From assembly GCF_004010195.1 (NCBI RefSeq), contig NC_057754.1:12755332-12819331 (forward strand): a stretch of 64,000 nucleotides of DNA, read 5' to 3'. Numbering within the stretch: position 1 is the stretch's first letter; each line of letters begins with the position of its first letter. The notes under the pieces are model-generated. The model was not told where the DNA came from, ran no database searches, and saw only the letters and a list, made by a program, of their open reading frames with translations. Both the position numbers and the translations under genes were made by a program. Shown here in pieces: positions 22,105 through 33,125 of the stretch. Source of the stretch: Chiloscyllium plagiosum (Eukaryota).

Positions 22105-24690
22105 TGAGGGCCCTAGCTATTTGATCTCTCGCCTCCCTCAGCAACCTGGGGATTTGTCGACCTTAATATCCTTTAGCCTACACAACACATCTTCCCTTCT
22201 TATCTCAACGTGATGCAGAGTAAACAAAGATTTGTCTCTAATTTCAGCTCCCGTTCCTCAGTGAACACTGCTGCAAAGTAACCATTGAGAATCTCGCCCA
22301 TTTTCTCAGGTTTGACACACAACCTTCCTTTCTTATCCTTTAGTTGACAAATCCTTTCTGTCGTTACCCTCTTGCCTCTTATATGGGAGCAAAAGGCCTT
22401 GGGATTCTCCTTAATTTTGCGCACTAAAGTTATTTCATGATCCCTTTGAGCCCGCTTGATTCCTAATTTAATATCGGTTATACTCTCCTGATATTCCTCT
22501 AAGACCCATTCTGTTCGTAGCTGCACTGATATTATGTACGCTTCCACTTTCCTCTTGTCTAGTCGCACGATTTCTCCTGTCATCCACGGTTCACGAATCT
22601 TGTTTTTCCTATCTCTTGTTTTCAAAGGGACATGCCTATCCTGCACTATCTTCAACCTATCATTGAGAGCCTCCCACATATCAGATGTGGACTTCTCTTC
22701 AGATAGCTGTGTGTGATCCACATTTCTCAGCTTCTGCCTAATTTTGATATTATTGATCTTGGCCCATTTTAGTAGTCTTCCCTTGGGATCACGCTCATCT
22801 TTGTCTACGAGCATTCTAAAACTCATAGAATTGTGGTCACAATTCCCAAAGAAATCCCCCACTGCAAATTATACCACCTGGCCTGGTTCATTACCCAATG
22901 CCAGGTCCAATACGGCCCCTTCCCTTGTCGGACTATTGACATATTATTCTGGAAATCATTCCTGAACGCTCCTTACAAATTCTATCCCATCTAGACCTCT
23001 GATACGAAGTGCATCCCAGTCAATGTTGGGAAAATTAAAATCTCCCATTAGCACCACCCTGTTGGCTCTACATCTTTCCATAAGCTGTTTACCTATTTGT
23101 TCTTCTAACTCGTGCTCAATGTTGGAAGGCCTGTCATACAGCCCCACCAATGTCACTGCACCCTTGTTACTTCTCAGCTCCACCCACAATGTCTCACTGC
23201 TCAAGCCCTCCATAGTGACCTCTTTTAGCACAATCGTGATATCATCCCTGACCATCAATGTAATTCCTCCCCTCCCTTTTACTTCCCTCCCACTCTTCAC
23301 TGAAACACCTATATCCTGGAACATTTAGTTACCAGTCATGCCCTTCATTCAACCAAGTCTTTGTGATCGTAATAACGTCATACTCCCAGGCATCAATCCA
23401 AGCCCTAAGTTCATCTGCCTTACCCACTATTTTCCTTGCATTAAGGTATATACAATTCAGGCCGCAAGTTCGTTTGCGTTCATCTGCTTTCTGTCTACTC
23501 TCCCCCCGGTAATGCCACCTTCATGATCGTTACAGTCTCCTGTTTCCACCTCACTGTCTAGTAGTCACCTGCTACATTAGTTTTAAACCTCCCAACAACA
23601 GCAACAAAAACTCCACCAAGGACATTACTTACAGTCTGGTTCAGATGTAGACCATCCAATTTCTAATAGTCTCATCTTCCCCAGAACCAGTCCCAATGTC
23701 ACACAAATCTGAACCCCTCCCTCCTACACCATCCCTCAAGCCGCATATTCATCCTGCCTATTTTACATTTCTATCATGGCTCGCACGCGGCACTGGTAGA
23801 AAAATCGAGATCACTACCTCTGAGGTCCTCCTGTATAACTTCTGTCCTAACTCCCTGAATTCTGCTTTCAGGACCTCACATAGTTTTTTTACTAATATCA
23901 TTGCTGCCTATATGCACAACGACAACTGGCTGTTCACACTCCTCTTTAACAACGCCCTGCAGCCCATCAGTGAAACCTTGACCGAGCATCTTGGAGGAAA
24001 CATGTCATACGGAAGTCTTGTTTACGACCATAGAACCGCCTATCTACTCCCCTTTCAACAGAATCATTGATGACCATGGCGCTACAAGTCTTTCTCTCGC
24101 CTTTCTGAGCAGCAGTGCCCGCCACGTTGCCATGGCCCATTGTGAGCCATCTCCCCCAACACGATCCTAAACAGCATACCTGCATTGGAGAGAGATGACC
24201 GCAGGGTTTACCTGCTCTGTCTTCCTACTCTTTCTCTGCCCTTTGGTCATCCACTCACTGTCTCCCTCAGCAATTCTAAACTGTGTTGTGACCAACTCAC
24301 CAATGCTCCATAGTGAATCCATCCGCAGCTCCAAAGCCGTCATGTTGTCGAACAAGAGCTGCAGCTGGACACACTTGTTGCAGGTGTAAGAGTTAGGGAT
24401 GTTGGCCACGTCCCTGAGCTCCTACATTAGGCAAGAGGCACATGCAACGAGTCTGAGATCCCCGCCATTGTAAGCCTTAGATTTATATCAACTAACTAAA
24501 ATAAAAGAAGGAGGCAATAAACCTTACCTTACAGATTCATGTTTCTTCTGGTTCGAGGAGGGAGGGCGGGAGGGAGATACTACACGTGTAGGATCTCGAG
24601 TTTTGCCGCTGCCCAAATTTATATGAAGTCCTTACCTTCCTGGCAACCTCCTTGTCGCCAACGTCACCTCTGCTCTACCTTCTGTTTTTC
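22105..24690 (-). mobile_element. CR1-clade LINE 5' half (5'UTR, ORF1 remnant, APE), lacking the RT/3' end
   Basis: Minus ORFs 24167-24409 (YTCNKCVQLQLL) and 23967-24185 (esterase remnant); 22956-23324 and 22200-22862 (APE and linker). Colinear with 26280-29065. Confidence 0.92.
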
Positions 24691-24699
24691 CTGCAAAGC

Positions 24700-24890
24700 T
24701 AGTGGGAGAGGACGATTGAGAGAGAGAGGGCGGAGAGACAGCGAGAGCAAGAGCGATGGCGTGCAACAAAGGGAGAGGCAACGGGAGCAGAAAGGGAGAG
24801 GGAGAAGGAGAACGAGAAAGAGGGCGAGGGAGAGTGACAGACAGAGAGAGAAAGCAGGGTGAGGGGAGAGCTGGCAGACAGGGAGAGGGA
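24700..24890. repeat. GA-rich low-complexity tract
   Basis: Degenerate (GA)n; similar tracts at 29070-29240 and 30180-30245. Confidence 0.8.
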
Positions 24891-27800
24891 CAAAGAACAA
24901 AGACATTTACAGCCCAGGAAGAGGCCCTTCGACCCTCCAAGTCTGAGCCAATTTACATCTACTATCTGCACCTGTTGCCCAATTTCTAAGCATCCGTATC
25001 CCTCTGCTCCCCTCCTACTCATGCATCTGTCCAGATGCATCTTAAATGAATCTACCATGCCTGCCTCTACCACGTCTGCTGGCAATGCGTTCCAAACGCC
25101 CACCATCCTCTGTATAAAGTACTTGCTACATGTTTCCCTTTAAACTTTCCAAATATCACCTTGAAAGCGTGACCTCTCGTTATTGAATCCTTCTCTCTGG
25201 GAAAAAAAAAACTTCTCTCTATCCACCCTGTCTATACCCTTCATGATTTTGTAAACTTCAATCAGGTCCCCAATCAATCACCTAACCTACTCAATCTCTA
25301 TTCATAGCTTGAACGTTCCATACCAGGCCACATCCTCCTAAACCTTCTCTGCACCCTCTCCAAAGTGTCCACATCCTTTTGGTAATGTGGCGACCAGAAA
25401 TGCACACAGTCTTCTCAATGCGGCCAAACCAATGTCTTGTATAATGTCAACATAGCTTGCCAGCTCTATCCACGTGTGCAACAACCTTCAGGGTACAATG
25501 GACCTGCATTCCCAGATCTCTCTGCCCATCAACATTTCCCAAGGCTCTTCCGTTCATTGTATAATTCGCTGTAAAATTAGTCTTGCCTAAATGCATCACC
25601 TCACATTTGTCTGGATTGAAAACGACCTGCCACTTTTCCGCCCAACTCTCCAGTCTATCTATATCATCCTATATTCTCTGACAGTCCCTTATGCTTTCTG
25701 CTACTCCACCAATCTTCATGTCATCTGAAAACTTGCTGATCATACCAACAATGCCCTCTTCCAGATAATTTATGTCTATTACAAACAACAGTGGCCCCAA
25801 CGCTGGCCCCTGTGGAACAACACTGGTCACCTTTCTCCATTTCGAGAAACTACTGCTCTCTGTCTCCTGTTGCTCAACCAGTTCTTCATCCATCGAGCTC
25901 GAATCCCTGCACACCATGTGACTTCACTTTCTTCATTAGAATACCATGGGGAATCTTATCAAACGCCTTCCTAAAGGCCATATTTATGACATCAACAGCC
26001 CTTCCTTCATTTATCAACTTGGTCACTTCCTCCAAGAACTCTATTAAATTGGTAAGGCACAAACTCCCTCGCACAAAACCATGTTGCCATTCACTGATAA
26101 GCCCATTCTTTTCTAAATATAAATAGATCCTATCCCTCAGTGCCCTCTCCAGCAACTTCCCCACCACCGACGTCAGGCTCACTGCTCTGTGGTTACCCAG
26201 AACATCCCTACTACCCGTCTTGTACAGAGGGACAACATGAGCAACTTTCCAGTCCTCTGCCACCTCACCTGTATTTAAAGATGCCACAAAGGGCCCCAGC
26301 TATTTCCTCTCTCGCCTCCCTCAGCAACCTGGGATAGATCCCATCCGGTCCTGGGGGTTTGTCCACCTTAATAACCTTTAGCCTACCCAACACATCTTCC
26401 TTACTTATGTCAACGTGCTCCAGACTAATCAAACTTCTATCTCTAATTTCAACATTCATCATGTTCCTCTCCTCAGTGAACATTGATGTAAAGCAATCAT
26501 TCAGAATCTCACCCATTCTCTCAGCTTCGACACATAGCCTTTCTTCATTATCCTTTAGTGGACCAATTCCTTTCTCTCATTACCCGCTTGCTTCTTATAT
26601 AAGAATAAAATGCTTTGGGATTCTCCTTAATTCTGCTTGCTAAAGCTATTTCATGACCCTTTTTAGCCCGCTTGATTCCTTGCTTAAGACTTGTCCTACT
26701 GTTCTGATATTCCTCCAGGTTCCGTTCTGTTCTTAGCTGCCTAGACCTTATGTACGCTTCTCTTTTCCTCTTGGCTAGTCGTACAATTTCTCCTTTCATC
26801 CACGGTTCACGAATCTTTCCCTTCCTATCCTTTGTCTTCAACGGGACATGCCTATTTTGCACTATATTTACCTATCTTTGAAAGCCTCCCACATGTCAAA
26901 TGTGGACTTCACTTCAAATAGTTGTGTCCAATCCACATTTCCGAGCACCTGCCTAATTTTGATGTAATTGGTCTTTGCCCAGTTTAGTACTTTTCCCTTA
27001 GGACCACTCTCTTCTTTATCTATGAATATTCTAAAACTTACAGAATTGTGGTCACTGTTCCCAAGAAATCCCCCACGCATATTCTATCACCTGTCCTGGC
27101 TTGCTCCCCAGTGCCAGATCCAATATGGCCCCTTCCCTCGTCGGGCTATTGACATACTGCTCCCGAAATCTCTCCTGGACGCTTCTTACAAATTCCACCC
27201 GATCCAGACCTCCAATGCTAACTGTATTCCAATCAATGTTGAGAAAATTAAAATCCCCCATCACCACTACACTATTGCCTCTACATCTCTCCATAATCTG
27301 TTTACCTATTTATTCTTCTACCTCACGCTCACTGCTGGGAGGCCTGTAATACAGCCCCAACAACGAAACTGTACCCTTTTTATTTCTCATCTCCACCCAT
27401 AATGCCTCACTACTCAAGACCTCCATAGTGTCCTCCTTTTGCAGACGTGATATCGTCCCTGACCAGCCATGAAGCTCCACTCCCCCCGCCACCCCCCTTT
27501 TCCTTCCCTCCCTGTCCTGTCAAAAGCGTCTATATCCTGGAACATTTAATTGCCAATCATCATGCCTGCCCTTCAACCATGTCTCTGTGACTGCAATAAC
27601 GTTCATACTCCCAGGCACCAATCCAAGCCCTAAGTTCATCTGCCTTACACACTGTACTCCTTACATTAAATTAGGTGCATTTCAGGCCACCAGTTCTTTT
27701 GCGCTTTTCTGCTTACTGTTTACTCTTCCTTTTATGAATGCTATCTTCATGATTCTTACATACTCCAGTCTCCACCACGCTGCCTACTTGTTTTCACTTC

Positions 27801-29065
27801 TGGTTCCCAGTCCCCTGCCACATTAGATGAATACCTCAGCAGTAGCAAAACCTCCCCCGTTGACATTGGTTCCGGTCTGGTTCAGATGTAGGCTGTCCAT
27901 TTTGTAATAATCCCACCTTCCTCAGAACCAGTCCCAATGTCCAACAAATCTGAACCCCTCCCTCCTAAACCATCTCTCAAGCCACGTGTTCATCCAGCCT
28001 ATATTTTCATTTCTACGCTGGCTCGCACATGGCACTGGTAGTAATCCCGAGATCATTACTTTTGAGGTCATCCTCTTTAACTTCTCCCCTAGCTCCCTGA
28101 ATTCTTCTTTCAGGACCTCATCTCGTTTTCTACTTATATCGTTGGTGCCTATATGCACCAAGATAAATTGTTGTTCACCCTCCCCTTTTAGAATGCTCTG
28201 CAGCCGATTGGTGACATCTCTGACCCGAGTATCTCGGAGGCAACACACTGTCTGGAAGTCCTGTGTTTGGCCATAGAATCGCCGATCTACTCCCCTCACA
28301 ATAAAATCTCCTATGACTATGGCCCTACGAGTCTTTTTCCCGCCCTTCTGAACAGCAGTGCCTTCCACGATGCCGTGATCTTGACAACTGCTGCCTTCCC
28401 CTGGTGAGCCATCTACCCCACCTGTAACCAAAACGGTGTACCTGTTTTGGAGGGAGATGACCGCAGGGGACACCTGCACTGCCTTCCTACTCTTTTTCTG
28501 TCTTTTGGTCACCCATTCACTATCTCCCTCAGCAATTCTAACCTGCGGTGTGAACAGTTCACTAAACGTGCTATCCACGACCTCCTCAGTGAGTCCATCC
28601 GCAGCTCCAGAGCCGTCATGCGGTCTAACACGAGCTGCAGCTATACACACTTCTTGCAAGTGGCAGGAACGTTAGACTCGTTCCTAAGCTCCCACATCAA
28701 GTAAGAGGTGCATGCCACGTGTCTGAGTTCCCCTGTCATTGTCAGCTTATCTTTATATGAACTAACTAAAACCAAGCAATGCACTTAAATATATGAAAAA
28801 GAAAGAAATACCTTACAGAGTCCTTTTCTTCCGGTTAGAGGAGGGGCGTGGGAGGGAGATACTACACGTGTAGTATCTCGGGTTTAGCCAATGCCCAAAT
28901 ATAAATTAAAGCCTCACCTTCCCGGTAACCCTCGCTTCACTTCACCTTCTCTCTTCGGCGCCCTGGCAAAATGGAGGCCCGACCCCCGGGTAAGTCCCTT
29001 TGTAATCGGGAAAACTTACCCTTCCCAGCAGCCCTCACTTCACCTCACCTTCTCTCCTCGCCGCT
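24891..29065 (-). mobile_element. Near full-length CR1-clade LINE (5'UTR, SGNH-esterase ORF1, APE-RT ORF2, 3' end), inactivated by frameshifts and deletions
   Basis: ORF 27922-28659 (AIVIGDFIVRG, LVHIGTNDI = GDSL/SGNH blocks); APE fragments 26868-27492; RT 25669-26516; 3' end matches 106-330. Confidence 0.96.
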
Positions 29066-29239
29066 CTGGCAAAGAGACAGAGAGAGAGGGTCAGCGAGAC
29101 AAAAGAGGGACAGTGAGAGAGAGAGACAGACAGCGGGATAACGTGGGACAGTGGGATTAAGAGAGAAAAACAGCGACACAGAGAGGAAAGCGAGAAAGAG
29201 AGAGAGAGAATGACAGCGAGAGAGAGAGAGAGGGACAAG

Positions 29240-30045
29240 AATTAGGACGCATAGAATTGGGTAGCAAAATGCAGGGGATGCAGACAATCGAAATGTGGAG
29301 CTGGGTTAAGGAACAGATATTGCGTGTCCTTGATGGGTATGTCCCTGTCAGGCAGGGCGGAAGTGATAGTAAGGGAACCGTGGTTTACTACAGAAATTGA
29401 ATCTCTTGTTAATAAGAAGAAAGAGGCTTATGTGTTGATGAAGCAAGATGGTACAGATGAGGCGATGGAGAGTTACAGATCAGCGAGGAAGGATTTAAAG
29501 AGAGAGTTAAGAAGAGCAAAGAGAGGACATGAGCAGTCTAGCAAATAGAATAAAGGAGAACCCTAAAGTTTTCTATAAGTATGTGAGGAATAAAAGGATG
29601 ATTAGGGTATGTCTCTCTTATCTCTTCCCTTCATAATTTTATATGTTTCTATGAGACGTCCCCTCATTCTTCTGAATCCACACAGTCTCTCCTCATAAGC
29701 CAAACCCTTCAAATTTAAGTTCATTGGTCGCTGTTTTAGCGTGTTGGTAGGTTTCTATAGACATAGAACCGTTTGATGTGTCTTTATATTCGTTGGTAGT
29801 TTCTTCTCATGTTCGATCTTATTTTTCTTTTCAGCTCTTTTTGTTGATTTTTGTTGATCTTTAAAAAAATCCCAGTATTCAAGTTTCATGCTCTTTTTGC
29901 TCACTTTGTATGCCTTTTCTTTCAATTTAATAGCCTCTTTTATTTTCTTATACACCATGGTAAATTGCCCCTTTTCTTAAAGTCCTTCCCTTTCAGTGGG
30001 GTATACTTTTGGCAAGCACATTGAAAAATTGCTTTGAAACTCAAA
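29240..30045. mobile_element. Patchwork of CR1 ORF2 fragments (plus 29240-29610; minus 29610-30045)
   Basis: REPWFTTEIESLVNKKKEAY..RRAKRGHE (plus); KIKEAIKLKEKAYK (minus). Confidence 0.75.
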
Positions 30046-30098
30046 GCAAATAAAAACTACAAGTGTGAATCTGCAACTTTCAAATCGTAAGTGCGCAC

Positions 30099-30143
30099 TG
30101 GCTCAGTGTGGGATTGCACCCATGACATTGGTATTATTAGCAA
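30099..30143 (-). pseudogene. tRNA-Ile(AAT) pseudogene, 3' half only
   Basis: tggctcagtgtgggattgcacccatgacattggtattattagca aligns to the reverse complement of tRNA-Ile-AAT, TGGCCCGTACGGGGATCGAACCCGCGACCTTGGCGTTATTAGCA (recalled sequence); many differences fall at CpG sites. Confidence 0.7.
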
Positions 30144-30246
30144 TAGGAAGAGAAGCATCCAGGAAAAGAAATAAAACAGATCAGAGAGAGTCAGAGAGAG
30201 GGACAGCAGGACAGAGGGAGAGAAAGAGAGAGTGTTGAAGAGCGGG

Positions 30247-30445
30247 TGGACATGCCAATCCTGCACTATCTTTAACCTAACTTTGAAAGCCTCCCACATT
30301 TCAAGTGTGGATTTCCCTTCAAATAGCTGTGTCCAATCCACATTTCCGAGCTTCTGCCTAATTTGGATATAATTGGCCTTTGCCCAGTTTAGTACTCTTC
30401 CCTTAGGACCACTCTCTTCTTTATCTACGAGTATTCTAAAACTAT
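30247..30445 (-). mobile_element. CR1 ORF2 fragment, same subfamily as 24891-29065
   Basis: Closely matches 26843-27040 and 2180-2375. Confidence 0.9.
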
Positions 30446-31387
30446 GATTCTGCTTTGCAAATAGGATGCTTTTGATTGGAAAAGATAGCTGAGAGATTTG
30501 CCTTTAATATTAACAGTGCAAGACTATGCAGGACCACATAAAGTAGAATAGATTTCTCTTGATAAACAATTGCATATAATAAATAAGGGAAGGGCAACTT
30601 TGGGTGTGAGAGCTTCTGCATCAGGTGTCTTTAACATTCCACAAGGTAGGTTCATGAAACAAAACAAAATGAACGACATATTTTGTGGATACCTTTCGAT
30701 GCACAAATACTGTACATATTCGAATAACATTCGCATTTCTTCAATTACTTTTTAATATTAACTTATGGGGTCAACGTTTACATGGATACTACTTTTGAGT
30801 GACTGAAATTCATGCCCATCAAAACTCATACTGCATCATTAGCCAACTGATCTCTGAACGAATAAATTACAAAAAACATAAAGAATTACGGTAATTGTGA
30901 GAACCCGGAACAGCTGGCACACTGATTAATAAATGTTGATCTCTTGTCTATGGAGAACTAGGGTCGATGTTTACACAAGATATGTGGAATATTCCAGATG
31001 TTTCGATAAAATTAGGGAGTCAACCTTTACATAACATCGATTATTAATAGAGTACATCGTGTGAAAATATGTTCTAAAATGATTATTACTTTCCTTATAT
31101 TGAAGAAAATGAAGGCAGGCTGAATTAAAGGGGACGAGAAGAGAAGGGTGAGGAGATGGTTTAAATTTCAAATGGGAGTTAGGTGCAAGGGAAGGAATAC
31201 AAGGAGAAGGGTGGGAAAGTTAGGTATAAGGGAAGACTGGCAAAGCGAGGAAAATGGCACAATCATTGAAATCTAGTTATATATTGGGATCAGATGTTGA
31301 TGAGTTTTTGAGAAATCATACTTGATCATTCTGTGCAATTCTGTCTGAGCTACTTCACTGTTTGGTCCCTTCTAGTGTTTAGGTAGT

Positions 31388-31687
31388 GGACGGCATGGTG
31401 GCACAGTGGTTAGCACTGCTGCCTCACAGCATCAGAGACCCGCGTTCAATTCCTGCCTCAGGGGACTCTCTGTGTGGAGTTTGCACATTCCCCCGTGTCT
31501 GCGTGGGTTTCCTCACACAATCCAAAAAATGTGCAGGTTAGGTGAGTTGGCCATGCTAAATTGCACGTAGTGTTAGGTGACGGGGTAAATGTAGGGGAAT
31601 GTGTCTGGGTGGTTTGCGCTTCAGCGGGTCGGTGTGTACTTGTTGGGCCAAAGGGCCTGTTTCCACACTGTAAGTAATCTAATCTAA
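31388..31687 (+). mobile_element. HE1-like tRNA-derived SINE
   Basis: A box tggcacagtgg, B box gttcaattcc, body tgtgtggagtttgcacattc, tail gggcctgtttccacactg(taatc)n. Confidence 0.92.
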
Positions 31688-32499
31688 GCTATCCATATGC
31701 TGGCTCTCCAACGACTGTTCTCTGCCATGGAGAAATTCAAATAGTTAGAAACCTCAGAAGAATGAAAGTTGTTCCAATCACAATCCTCACATTGTAACAT
31801 CAGCTTATGGATCCACTTCGAAGTCGAAAGAATTATTGCTCTCAGCGTCAATTCAATGAATTAATTGTTAATTCTATTCCAAAGTGACATTTGTTTTTTC
31901 TTAGCTTTTTTAATGAGACAAACCTATGCTTTATCTACTTACCTTCTGCTCAAAGAATAAAGTATAATAAAAAACAGACAAAAGGACAGCAGACCCTTCG
32001 CCTCTGCTCTGCTATAAAAGAATTTGAGGCTGTTCTGATTTTAACTACATTTCTCATATATCACCTAATGTCTAGTCACGTTTACGCAAAAAAAAATCTA
32101 GTGACCTCTGTCTTAAAAATTATTAAATATTTCGGCATCAACTGCTTTTTGACAAAGTGAATTTCAGAGACACACTAAAAAGAAAACATATATTTATTTA
32201 CCATCATTTCTTTCTCAGTCAGGTTATCTTTTTTCTAAAAAAAACTATGACCTTGAGTTCTAGATTCTCACACAAAAGGAAGCATCCTTTCCAAATACAA
32301 CCTATCAATTCCCGTCAGTATCTTATATGTTTTAATTTTGTCACGTCTGAATCTCTGAACACCACAGTATACGTGACTTGCTGATCGAGGCTCTCCTTAA
32401 TGTTTCCAAAGCACCAACAGACTTCGCTGCGTGCCGTGACTACTGCTGTGCACATAACTCTAGATATGGCCTTACCAGTTGATTAAAAAGTCGAAAGCA

Positions 32500-33125
32500 T
32501 GTATGGTCACTGTAAAGTAGGAACTGTTTTCCGAAATTTGAAGGAAACTTAAATTGCAGTCTCAGCTGCCAGTATGGGAAGGCTGGGAGCTGAGCTGTTC
32601 CAAAATGGATATCTGAGTTCTGGTTGCTGTTTTTACAACAATTTGAATTTAATTAATTTGGTTAGTTTATGCCCAGGATATTAAAACCAAATCAAGTTTG
32701 ATTGTTTTGATCACATCAGACCAATGAGACGGTATGATATTGGGTGGTAGGGTTGGTGGGCGTTTTGAAAATTGCTTTGGGAGCAAATGCCATTATAGGC
32801 GAGCAACTGCTATAAAGCCAGGGAGCAACTATCCATCTAGCACCTTGCTGTCAAAGAAATTAGAAAAAATTCTCTATCAGAGGTACCTTTTTATTAAAAC
32901 ATACTCACAGTAAAAAGAAAGAAGAGGACCCGGGAAGATGAAAAGATAGAATATTGAAGACAGCAGAATAGATAGAGACTGTGTGGTCTTGAGATTAGCT
33001 AATGCAATGTTTAATAATTCTGGTATTGGAACAGCAACTTTATAGAGTTGGGATCAGATAGTATGTAGAAAAGTAAAGGGGCTTGGATTCGTGAATAGTT
33101 TTTTTGTTTAATGTTAAATTCTAGA
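32500..33125 (+). mobile_element. Degenerate solo LTR related to the LTR at 11469
   Basis: Colinear blocks shared with 11570-11920 (atttgaatt..tatgcc..ccaa..tttga..caatga..tattgg; aggtaccttt; aagaaagaag). Confidence 0.55.
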
